A stretch of 57,422 bases of DNA, the filler included, from Sphacelaria rigidula (Eukaryota): the NCBI GenBank assembly GCA_964200075.2. It is 7 parts of 7 records of this genome, joined end to end, with 100 filler letters (N's around TTAATTAATTAA, not from the genome) between each part and the next. Parts side by side here need not be neighbours in the genome. Positions count along the whole stretch, not along the records: positions 24,655 to 32,771 come from CAXNAA020012236.1; positions 32,872 to 40,988 come from CAXNAA020012237.1; 5 more parts are not named here. One strand, 5' to 3'. The notes beneath the pieces are model-generated. The model had not been told where the DNA came from. It made no database searches and saw only the letters and a list, made by a program, of their open reading frames with translations. Position numbers and translations under genes: made by a program. Positions within the stretch are counted from its first letter, which is position 1. Each line of letters opens with the position of its first letter. Shown here one piece after another: positions 24,762 to 35,748 of this stretch.

Positions 24762-25365
24762 ACGCCACATTTGATCACAACCTATGCTGGGCGGTCTAAA
24801 GTAGGCTGGAGGTCAAAGCCTTGCGAGACAGGACGGGCAGTGGAGGAGATGCCGAAGAGCGAGAAACAGGGGGCGCGTCAACAGCTGAGTACATGCGTTT
24901 GGATACCATCGTGCTGTGTACCCGCGGATCTGAACGCCACAGTGAGAGTGGAAGGGGTCCACCAACAACACTGTCTCTACACTGTGGATGCAATTAGGGG
25001 GCTGAGTCACCCTCCTGCCGAACAGCCCGCCTGTTGGTGACAGAGGCTTCTGAACTCCCACCCGACGTGCACTCTATGTGAATGGTTTGGGCGGAGTTGG
25101 GCACGACAGATCCTTCAATTTTACTCCTCAAACTCGAAATACAACACACAGCGAAAAGTACAGCTGTGCAGCCCGCCAACGCTGTGTGTACAGGGCCGAG
25201 AATACTGTGCGCTATCCCGACGCCTCACACGCACAGCGGCTTGGCCTCTCCGCACGCGCCCCGTCACCCATCGTTGGTACACAGGACCACAAGACCACCC
25301 AACCACATCAATAACGTCGTCCACACGTGGACGCACGACTACGACGACGTTCCATCGCCTCGCAC

Positions 25366-25491
25366 CTAAGCTTTTAATAACCACGCATGGCTGTGCAGCG
25401 TGGCGGCCAAGCTCGGGTGCTCCGGGCCGAGAATCGTTTCCTCAATCGTCTGGCATCGCTCGTACAGTGACTCCACCTCATTGTACTTGCC
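25366..25491 (-). pseudogene. TPR exon cassette 3, 126 nt, last codon TAG
   Basis: cag|GGC…GCT TAG|gtgcga; GKYNEVESLYERCQTIEETILGPEHPSLAATLHSHAWLLKA*. Confidence 0.9.
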
Positions 25492-25785
25492 CTGCGATGC
25501 AGTACACAACGCAAGACCATCCGACACCTGTCCGCGTCAGACCTACGACGCCGGCGACACGCTCGCGCCACCGTGCCGCACAGCTGTGCAGCCCGTCCAC
25601 GCTGTGTGTACAGGGCCGAGAATACTGTGCGCCGTCTCGACGCCTCACCCGCACAGCGGCTTGGCCTCTCCGCACGCGCCCTGTCACCCATCGTTGGTCC
25701 ACAGGACCACAAGACCACCCAACCACATCAACAACGTCGTCCACACGTGGACGCACGACTACGACGACGTTCCATCGCCTCGCAC

Positions 25786-25911
25786 CTAAGCTTCCAACAA
25801 CCCCGCACGGTTGTGCAACGTGGCGGCCAAGCTTGGGTGCTCCGGGCCGAGAATCGTTTCCTCAATCGCCTGGCATCGCTCGTACAGTGGCTCCGCCTCC
25901 CTGTACTTGCC
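25786..25911 (-). pseudogene. TPR exon cassette 2, 126 nt, last codon TAG
   Basis: cag|GGC…GCT TAG|gtgcga; GKYREAEPLYERCQAIEETILGPEHPSLAATLHNRAGLLEA*. Confidence 0.9.
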
Positions 25912-26205
25912 CTGCGATGCAGTACACGACGCGGGAACATCCGACACCTGTCCGCGTCAGACCTACGACGACGGCGACACGCTCGCGCCGCCGTGCCTCA
26001 CAGCTGTGCAGCCCGTCCACGCTGTGTGTGCAGGGCCGAGGACACGGTGCGCCATCCCGATGCCTCACCCGTACAACAGCTCGGCCTCTCCGCACGCGCC
26101 CCGTCACCCATCGTTGGTCCACAGGACCACAAGACCACCCAACCACATCAACAACGTCGTCCACACGTGGACGCACGACTACGACGAAGTACCACCGCCT
26201 CTCAC

Positions 26206-26330
26206 CTGAGCTTCAAACAACCCCACACGGTTGTGCAGCGTGGCGGCCAAGCTTGGGTGCTCCGGGCCGAGAACCTTCTCCGAATGACCTGGCACTGCTC
26301 GTACAGTGGCTCCGCCTCCCTGTACTTGCC
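26206..26330 (-). pseudogene. TPR exon cassette 1 (kinesin-light-chain/TPR_12-like), 125 nt, 1-nt deletion
   Basis: cag|GGCAAGTAC…GCTCAG|gtgaga; translates GKYREAEPLYEQCQVI/(frameshift)EKVLGPEHPSLAATLHNRVGLFEAQ. Confidence 0.9.
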
Positions 26331-26528
26331 CTGCGATGCAGTACACAACGCGGGAACATCCGACACCTGTCCGCGTCAGACCCACGACGCTGGCGAGACT
26401 TCCGCCGCACCGTCCTGCGTAGCTCCTGGCAATCTGGTGATATCTTCCATCATTCAGTTGTAGATGTTTCTAATGACTCGTTTTTTGTGGGGTTACTTTA
26501 TGGATGTATCCCATTTACTAACAAGCCG

Positions 26529-26866
26529 GTCGCCCCGGTGGCTCAGTTGGTAACCTCGTAACCTTCTGACGGCTGAGTAGTGGGTTTCAATTCCTGGAGC
26601 GATCTAGGATATTTTCTCACAACATGCCCAACAGTGGAGAGCGACTATGTCGTGGGTACACAAAGTTGAACTTGACGGTCGACGAGGGAAAGGGACTGCT
26701 GTACCCCCCTCGCGAAAAAAAATGAAGGCAAGCACCGCAAAAGGAAGGTGGGGTACCTAAAAACAAAAACTCCTGCGTTGACCTTCCTCCTGTGTGACCC
26801 CGGCTGGTGCGCCCATATATACCGAAAGGTGTAGACTGGCACCCAGAATAGATGGGACGGCAACAC
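26529..26866 (+). mobile_element. tRNA-derived SINE, full-length copy
   Basis: Aligns end to end with 24055-24402 (A box TGGCTCAGTTGG, decayed B box, same body, GATGGGACGGCAACAC end). Confidence 0.88.
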
Positions 26867-27120
26867 TTGCATACTCGTAGCGTTTCCGTTATTTGGGGCA
26901 GGTGCTACCTCAAATTGTGTCATATGGATTATTTCGTATTATCCGTCTATTTCATGTAATTCTTTCCGGATAATTTTTCATATATATATATATATACATG
27001 TACACGTCAATAATTGATATTTTCCGGTATCACTTGTTTTTCGCAGATCAGATGAAATAGGAACAGAGTTCCAGGTTGTCGTTATTTATTCAATACCATC
27101 AATATAAATAAGGGTGATGC

Positions 27121-28335
27121 TATTTCCAAGTCGCGACTTGGACATAAAGTCGCGACTTGGAAATAGTTATGCCCACCCCTAGCTTCAATTTGACTACCCG
27201 CCCGCGTTCGTCTTATGTGCCTTGCATCGACACCAGCAAGACACGTGCAGTAGTACACTCACACAGTCCGTAGCCATCGTTCAAGCCATCGCACGGTGCA
27301 AACGGCCTCGTAGCGGTCGAGAAACGCGCCTGCTACACAGTGTTAAATAATACCGCCGCCCCACTGGAGGTGGACATAAGCTACTCTGTGCAAGTCGCGA
27401 CTTGGACATAGCCTTTGTCCACCATCAGCGATTGGGATACCTTCCCGCGCTAGTCCCATGTGCCTCGTATCGACACTGAAGCACCTGCAATACACTCACA
27501 CAGTCCGTAGCCACCGTTCAAGCCATCGTACGGTGCAGACGGCCTCGTAGCGAACGAGAAACGCGCCTGCTGCACAGTGCCAAAACATTCCGCCGCCAGA
27601 CTGGAGGTGGATATGAGCTATGTCCAAGTCCAGCGAGTGGAATATCCCCACGCGCTCATCCTGTGTGCCCTGTATCGACACCACAGCACCTGCAATACAC
27701 TCACTCTGTCCGTAGCCATCGTTCAAGCCATAATGGGGTGCAAACGGCGTAATTGCAGACGAGAAGCGCGGCTGCTGTACACAGTGCCAAAGCATATACA
27801 TCTGAATCCGACTGTACTTGGACATAGCTTTTCTCAAAAACGCGACCTTGGCAAGTTGGACATACGGCATGTTGGCTGAGGGCGTCGGAGCACGTAATCA
27901 CGTGCTTGCGATTGATAGCGACTGCGTTGCAGACAAGAACACCAACAGGTGATTGCCGCTATTCATTTACAGTGTTCAATAAACTAGAAATGTGCACGCT
28001 ACTCAGCTGGCTCGCGTCGTACGTTATCAACGTTGACACCAGTGCTACCAACGTCATACACGCCCTGTGTATTGCGCACTGCCCGTGTAACCCGAGGCTG
28101 TTGGGTACGAAGTGCGGATAGCGTGTACCAGCCGTAAAGGTAGTAGCTCTATGAATCCATGAATACACCCATTCTTCGTCGCGACTTGGACATCGCTTAT
28201 GCCCACCTGCAGTCGGGCGGCGGTATTTGTTTTACACTGTGCAGCAGGCACGTTTCTCGCTCGCTAGGAGGTCGTTTGCGCCGTGCGATGGCTTGAACGA
28301 TGGCTAGGGACTGTGTGAGTGTACTACTGCACGTG
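27121..28335. repeat. Diverged ~200-240 bp repeats (three direct, one inverted) with palindromic TCCAAGTCGCGACTTGGA motifs
   Basis: Core TACACTCAC.C.GTCCGTAGCCA.CGTTCAAGCCAT…GAGAA.CGCG.CTGCT..ACAGTG at ~27254, ~27491 and ~27696, and reverse-complemented at ~28235-28325. Confidence 0.85.
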
Positions 28336-30665
28336 TTCGAGGGGTAACGTGTATCCTACAAACGAATTGAAATGGGAAAGGTAGTAGAGAGAAAATGTGA
28401 ACATTTATTTGTTGTTCGATCCTCGGGCGCGGGAGAAACGAGAGAGACGGGGGGGGGGTTCCCACGATATTGCATGCCATAGTCATATGACCATTGACTG
28501 TGCATCCCTACAAAGCCAGGACGGAGCACGCCGGGCTTCCGCCGGACCAGGTTCGCAATTAATCACCAAGCGTGCCCCCCACCATTTTCACGGCCCTTGT
28601 GTCCCGACGCCACTTGAAGACGCCTTCACTGTATGGCAAGTTGTGCGGTCCCCGACCACTTTACGGCCCTTATCCCGACTTATCTTTTTTGAAGTCGCAA
28701 TTTTGATACTTTTTGGACCACGGCCTTTTTGTCAAAATGTGTATAATGGTGGAGCGTGGATGTTACTAACAAGCGTATCCGGCTGTTGCTGTTCAGTGTG
28801 GCCGTGTGTATATACACTGGCAATAGAGTACAGTATATGGGATTTGTACAGCAGAGGTCTTTTGACATGAATTCTTGTTTTGCTCAATTTTTTTAATTAC
28901 AGTTGGGCAAAAAGAGTAATTGACCCCAACAGCCCTTGCTGTACAACTCCCATATATTATAACTGGTACGAGATTTCCACAGCACGAGTGCCTTCAGAAA
29001 CGATACAGAGGATTTCGGTCTTGACATAAACCTTCCTGGGAGACCCCAACGTTGAAAACCCTCTAGCAGATTGTGAATGCCCAAGATCCTTTAGTGGGGA
29101 GTGTCAAAGCTCACGGCATGTTGGGAGAAGTTAGGAAAAAATTACCAGATAATTTACACCCCATAGTCAGGGAAATAAGGGTTTCGCTCAGCGCTGTAAG
29201 CTCACATCTTCGGGCACATCTATTCACTATAGTTGAAGCTGAACGCACAAGTGTAGGGGTGGGTGGTGGAGTGACGTGTGCCGTATGCGGTCCTCCCGTG
29301 CTCACGACGGTGCAACAATGGAGGAATAACTTTTCTGATTTCTGTAAAAAGATAATGCGTCGTTATTCTCTTTCTCGATTGCATTACAGGCGAACATGTC
29401 CAGAGATTTCGATCATCACATCACCTGTATACTAGCAAACCAGACTCACATACTGTAACTGAATATATGATTTCTAACCCCAAGTTGTGGGGGACTTAGG
29501 CCGAATACACCGTAGCCAAGTGATCAAGACCGACTTAATTGTTCGAGTACTTGCTCGTAGGCTGAAGGACAGGGACAGGTTTCGAGATCAGCAACTGAGG
29601 TGTTCAGGATTAATCACACGGTAAAACAACTGTGCATCGGCACATTATTAGAATATACAAACCCCGCGAAGCCCACCAAACTTACCGGATTTTGTCAATA
29701 TTCATTGATCAATTTCTTGCAACAATGTTAACAGAAAATACGAGCTGGGCTAGCCGGAAAACGGATTTAAGGTCTCAAAGCAATATCTCATCGACATAGA
29801 TGAGTTGGCCCATGATCCGCATATCACATTGATCGTCTTATCAAGGGAAAGGTGTCCATCTACAAAAAAATCTGAGCCATTTTTTCTCGTTGATTAGACC
29901 CCATGTCTTCTAGTAATTCCTATGCTGTACGGAGATAGCGTCCACACTCAAATCTATATGAAACCTCGAACGATGCATTCATCGGATGATCAAGATTTTT
30001 GGTATGGACCTTCTTTGTTTGGAGCACGGAGCGACGATAGACTCCTTCACCCAATTCGTAATCTATCTCGGGATATGGCGCACATAAGATTCCACACTAA
30101 AATAGAAATATTTTTACGAGCAGAGGTACTAGATGCCCTACATCTGGATATCGCGTCTCACTTTTTGAGAGTTGTGCTATGAAATTTTTTCATGGAAAAC
30201 CGCTAGTGGATTATGAAATGAAAAAATATACATTCATACCTTTTTTTCGTTTTCGATTTTTCTTTCATTTTTTTTCGTGTTTTTAGTGGAGTTTCGAGGA
30301 GAAATCAAGATTGCTTTTAGGCATGTCTCAAAAAAAGTTTCAGCTCAATTTTTAGAATTGTTATTTGAAACTCATCATGGAGAACCACGAAGGTGTGCCG
30401 AATGAAAAAAATATATGGGATTTCATTTTTTTTCTTCATAGAGGTTACGGCGTTTTCGTGAAAAAAAAATGGTCTCCACCATACTAGAACGCCCTGAACA
30501 AGTGGAAAAACGAAAATAAATCACTTTGACCCACCGAGTTTTGTCAATTATGTCCTAGCGAGGGCCCACGCATAATTTCGATACACAAAAACCAAACGTG
30601 CGCCGGTGAGTGGCCAGCGAAATACAGTTGAGAATTTCTACAGACCCAATTTTGAATGGCGAATG

Positions 30666-31003
30666 CGCCGGCCAATATTAGGAGTTGAAGCGTGACATTT
30701 GGTATGGACAATGTATAGGGAATGAAAAATATTACGACGGTACCAAAAGTTTTTTTTTTTTCATGAGTCAAGGGCAAAAATGATTTTTTCAGGTATCAGT
30801 AAAATGCTCTCAACTAACAAGGGAAAAAAACTCTCGGTGCACTCGTAATTATTTTTCCATACCCTATGCGTTGTTCATACCACATTTTACGCCCAGTAAA
30901 ATGCCCTCAACTCATGAAAAAAAAAAAAGTACATTCGGATTTTTTCCATGCCCTATGCGTTGTCCATACCAAATTTTACGCCCCGACTCTCAATATTGGC
31001 CGG
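30666..31003. repeat. Imperfect inverted repeat with ~110-bp arms (foldback/MITE-like)
   Basis: 30666-30776 is the approximate reverse complement of 30901-31003. Confidence 0.7.
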
Positions 31004-32347
31004 CCCATGGGCTTGCTAACTTAAAATCCGCTCCTAGGCTGACCCAGCCCGTTGTGTCAGTAGATTTTGGTAAAATGAACAGATCGCCTTCCCCCTCCAG
31101 TACACAGGTTAGTTTCGGTTGGTTTTATCAGTCGATACGAGTAAATAGCCCGTGTATCAGGAGGGTGTTATCGACCGTGGAACACCCTTTTTTGGCTCTA
31201 GTGCAATAAGTGAGTAAATTTTCGGAAAAATAAGTCTTCTGTATTTCTTCACGAATACAATCCGGACAGGTTCGATCGACCGAAAATACCAAAGAGTCAG
31301 GATCTGGGCTGAACGTGGCATAACCCCCGACGACCGGTCAGTCCGTGGGTCACTCAATACTGACTCCAGATGATTTTGTTCCTAGAATATGGAGCGGATA
31401 CAAGAATTTTCAGATCCCCAATGCGATGAGCGGTGGCAAGCATAAGAACGTAACAGTGTCTACAATTACGAATAATTTCAAAATTATTCAGACTTAAGGC
31501 GCCCAGTACTGTAGTACGTGATACCTTACTCATGCAGAAAGTGGCCGTCCGTGTACAGACTATTCCACGAATCTGTGAGGCTATCGAAGGGTCCCCCCAC
31601 GAATCCGTCTGTCGCGAATATGAGTTCCCCCGGATTTGCACATATTGGGGTCTCCACGGAATCGAGATCTCGTTCCCAGAAAACTGCCTGACGAGGGTCG
31701 CGATTAGTCACATGGAACGCAATTCAGGATCCAAAATAGGATACGTGAAATAGAAAGTATGGCGCAGATGTTAGACGCTCGCGTACATTGCACAATGAAG
31801 TGGTAGTGCAATAGTGTTTTGAGAACCTGATACATACCCAGTGAACTGTAAAGGCATCTGTTCGAGTAGCCATTGCCAAGCTTTGCCCTGGGAGCTGAGA
31901 GAGTTCGCTCACGTCCAGCTCGATGTAAGACTGGGGTATTCGGTGAGAGCGAGTGGCGGGCGTTTTAGTAACGTAACGAGTGACCGTGGTTGTGCCCGAA
32001 ATATGACTTTCGTTTCGAGCGGAAGACCCCAGACCGTGAGCGTCGTAATATCAAAATGCTCGGAAGGGGCTGATATCGAATGACGAAACCTTCCAGAATA
32101 CGACTAACCTATCTCGACAACACCTCCCGCCTAAGGATGGACTTGGGTCGGAACAGTCACCAAATTGACCAGCCTGGCTTTTTGCCTCGGCAGACATCCC
32201 GAGGTTGATCAGGCCACATCTTACATTTCGCGCTGCGGGTGTATTTCGCATTAAATCAATAGTTTGCAGAAGCTGTGTCTACAGTAATCTTCCGACACAG
32301 GTCGAGTACAGGCCACTATGTCCAAGGCAAACATACCAATAGCTCAC

Positions 32348-32702
32348 CTGTAAACAGTACAGTCTGCCGATCACCGAATACACATAGGCCACCTCCGTGT
32401 ACTCAGCTCGACCCAACTCTCCCAGACTAGCCCTATACGTCTCCACCTCCAGCTGATCATTGCCGGAAAGCTCCTCCAGTGACCGCCACAAACGCATCAG
32501 CGCGTACATGTTCGTGCTCAGCCCTTCGTTTTCCCCGTTCTTACCAAACTCTCGGACTACGGACAGTTGGCCCAAGTACTGCCTTTGGCGCCTCACCGCA
32601 TCCTCGACCAACCCGCGCATACCCTTGCTTGTACACTTTAGTTTGATGAAGTCCAGCAGCAGGTCGTGCACATAGAAGGAGCCTTCCACCTCATGCAACA
32701 AA
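32348..32702 (-). CDS. Exon (5'-truncated) of a brown-algal-type NB-ARC–TPR protein: winged-helix/MHD region and linker to the TPRs
   Basis: LLHEVEGSFYVHDLLLDFIKLKC…YALMRLWRSLEELSGNDQLEVETYRASLGELGRAEYTEVAYVYSVIGRLYCLQ|gtgagc. VHD is an MHD-like motif. The phase-0 donor after CAG matches the phase-0 GKY… TPR exons 6 kb downstream on the same strand and contig. The P-loop is not in the window. Confidence 0.8.
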
Positions 32703-34200
32703 CAGCCGATTTTATATTTTGGGGTTCATACAAAATATGGGGCTGAAGGGGCATATCTGTCTTGCACGGAANNNNNNNNNNNNNNNNNNNNNNNNNNNNN
32801 NNNNNNNNNNNNNNNTTAATTAATTAANNNNNNNNNNNNNNNNNNNNNNNNNNNNNNNNNNNNNNNNNNNNAGAATCGTTAGGAGCCTCTGAACCAGACA
32901 AAATTTCGCGAAAAAAGTGCACCCCTACCGTAGCATTGCTCCTCTGAGAGGTTCGTATATTTGCTTCTGCTCCTTGCCCGCGCTGTCCTGATGGCCTCGG
33001 ATGCCGGCCACGCTCACACATGTGTATGCACACGAGCGCATGGTGGCGACAGCCTGTAGCCAAAGTAGCAACAGTATCTCACACCTTGCCGGCGAGCGGG
33101 GCAGCGGCCGCTCCAGAAGAAGATACATAGGGGCCTTCACTAGTAGAGGGAGCTGCTGAAGTGAGCTTGGGGGAGGCGGCGTGTCCGTCATCTCAGCGGT
33201 CTCCATGTGATATCTGTACTCGGTAGCTGACTGCATCCGCCAACGCCATGGCTATAAACTAGGGAACAGCGGGCTGGGTGTCCCCCCCCCCCCCCCCCTC
33301 AAAAACTCAATCTTTCGACCCTGGGGTTTAAGATCCAGAAATCTTTTTCGACAGACCCTTGGGTAGATCAAAAAATTTTGCACAAATGTGCGTTGTATGG
33401 ATCACTACGCAACGATCGATGGACGATTTTTTCTTTCGACTTTTTTATTTCTTCATCGTTTTTCGGGCGTCCGACGGGATCCGAGTTTCCCCGAAAACCC
33501 TGGGACCCCCCAAAAACGGTGAAAAAAATCAAAAAGTAAAAATATCTCGACCGTCGAAATTTGCGTAATGACCCATGATATAGAAAATTGTACAAAATTG
33601 CAGGGTCTAACTCCTAAAAGCGGCCTCAAGCTTTGCCGATGAATGCTTCAAGGTTGAAAAGCGTGAACCAGCCTTTAGCACGACTCAAACTCCACATTTC
33701 CAGAGCTGGTCGAGTCATGCGTAAAACAGTCTCAGCTCCGAAATTTCCCCCCGGGGATTATAGGAGGCCTTGCACACTTCCTGCGGTAGCTTGCCACTGA
33801 AGTCTCTGATATCCACGAACAGGATCTCGTCGTGAAACTGTGAACACGTGACATTGCTACCGATAGAAGATACACATACACACAACACATGAAAAAATGT
33901 CAAGTCAGAACGAATTCGCACAACTTACTCTCTATCAACGCGAGACTCTCAATTTGACGAGACCCTGTTAAATGGCTATATAGCGCCGGAGATGTCTATT
34001 ATTTGTGGAATCGGCATCATTTTCGCTTGAGTTGCTGCATGATCCAGATTTGCAACACTGGCGGTCAAAGGGTAAACATTCCGAACAGTTAGTCGGTGGA
34101 CATATAATCCCGAACCAACCAAGCAAACACCAACGTACCATTCTTTCGAATCGCGGCAAGTGAAAACTCTACCCTTATACACTCGCGATGAACGTACAAA

Positions 34201-34362
34201 CCCTCTTGGGACCGGAGTGAACTAACCGGGAGATGAGGGTCCATTGTCAATCGGCATCATTTTCACTTGAAAACGACTGACAATGATGCCGGTTCACAAA
34301 TGGACCCTGCCTGCGGACCAGGTCCTCCACCCATGGTCAGTGGGAATCCGGTCCCGAAAGGG
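34201..34362. mobile_element. Short piggyBac-like MITE
   Basis: Ends CCCTCTTGGGACCGGA … TCCGGTCCCGAAAGGG|TTAA are inverted repeats (left flank CAAA, right flank TTAA). A related right end, TCCGGTCCCAAAAGGGTTGA, is at ~49358-49377. Confidence 0.65.
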
Positions 34363-35748
34363 TTAAATGGAAAATATTTTTTGGAATGCATGTCATTGTG
34401 TGCGAAGTATAATCGGAACCTGTTCAACGTACAACTTCGTATTAATGAGAGGAATATTCCGATGGGTGATGTTGCTATTCCCCTTTTTTCATTATGTTCG
34501 TTCAACAAAATGCATCGTTCCGTACTGAAACTCGTTTAGCTCAAGACTCCAAATTCAAACAGTGTTCCTCAGCGTCACTCGTATAAACCCGTCGACCGCT
34601 AGGGTAGGTGATCTGTTGAATCGACTTGATTTACAATTGATATCCAGACATATTAGTGTTCCATCCGTTACTATGAATTACACAAAAACAGCGTCTTCCT
34701 ATTGAAAAGACCACACTCAAATCACATGCCAAACACTCAATCTGGTGAAAAGGATTGTTGTTAGTCTGACGGACGCGAACACCTACGTAGGTACTTTCTT
34801 TATGTTGTTATCACTTGCAATTATGGAAACAATTTTACTCCATCTCCTACCTGTCGACTGTGCCAGTCAGCCGTGAGTGATATCGCAACAACATCACAGC
34901 AGACGCGCACCAAAGCGCACTACAGTCATGAGCGCATACAAGTCTTCTAACGGATACCCACCACCGACGCGCTTCCGCTGATCTTCGTGTGGAACCAAGC
35001 TCTCGACACCACGATTGGTGGACACTTTCCGCGGTATAAACAGAGCAAACATCGTGCACCTCACCCTAAACCCAATACAAACACTACCTCTCACCACCTG
35101 TCCGCGGGGAAACAAATTAAAAAAAAGCGCCTCTATACTTATATACGGTTCGCGTGCATGAACGATACACATGCCCAAATAGCCGTTTGTAACTCCCGGT
35201 GATCCGTTGTCACCCGCACAGGGTCGCGGTAGGTGCCACTTGGGACGCATTTCTTTCCCCCATGTGGCACATAGTACCGTTGTCTCCGCCCAGTCCCAGC
35301 ACGAGGCGGGGAACATACTACCTGGCTAGGGTCCACGCTGCACGACAAGAAGCGTAGTCATTTCCAACGCATACTAATATACACATGTGGGGATCTACTG
35401 TACGACAGGTGGACGCGTTCAGCTCGCCACCGATAACGTCCCCCGTGTGGAACTGAACCACCTACCTTACAGTTTTACAGCAACCCAAAAGGCACGACAA
35501 CCATGAGACAGCAGACAGAGTCAACTGAGGATGAGCACTCATTTTGTCGGCATAAATACATTGCTCATCTTCCCATCATACAGGCTGCCCCACTCCTCAA
35601 GTCGAACAGCATGTCGTCACTGTCAAGCCTATACTGTAAGTGGGCACGGTTTTCATGGGTGCTAAAAGCACCCCATCCCACGCCCACAACCAGTAAGTTC
35701 CTACTCGCAGAAGAGCTCTCCACACAGACGCATCGAGTTCCCTCAGGA

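Larger units (their letters stand above)
25160..26398 (-). repeat. Tandem array, 420-bp period, ~3 units, each unit = one TPR exon + one conserved intron
   Basis: Anchor CAGCTGTGCAGCCCG at 25161, 25581 and 26001; units align along their whole length. Confidence 0.97.

Noticed and set aside
25160-26398. CRISPR array or prokaryotic-type repeat system
   Set aside because: Units are 420 bp and similar along their whole length, with no unique spacers and no cas genes; they resolve into exon+intron units.
25400-26561. Long plus-strand repetitive ORFs (364 aa, 296 aa, etc.) as real proteins
   Set aside because: They are antisense read-through of a GC-rich tandem repeat; the splice signals and TPR peptide are on the minus strand.
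4271-32702. Diversity-generating retroelement linking an RT to the TPR repeats
   Set aside because: Both RTs are decayed Gypsy pols on other contigs, and differences between cassettes are not confined to adenines.
33084-33250. Minus-strand exon (…MQSATEYRYHMETAEM…RSPAR|gtgtga) as part of the ABC1-like gene
   Set aside because: That gene already terminates at 35749. The segment has possible splice sites but no recognisable homology, so it is left uncalled.
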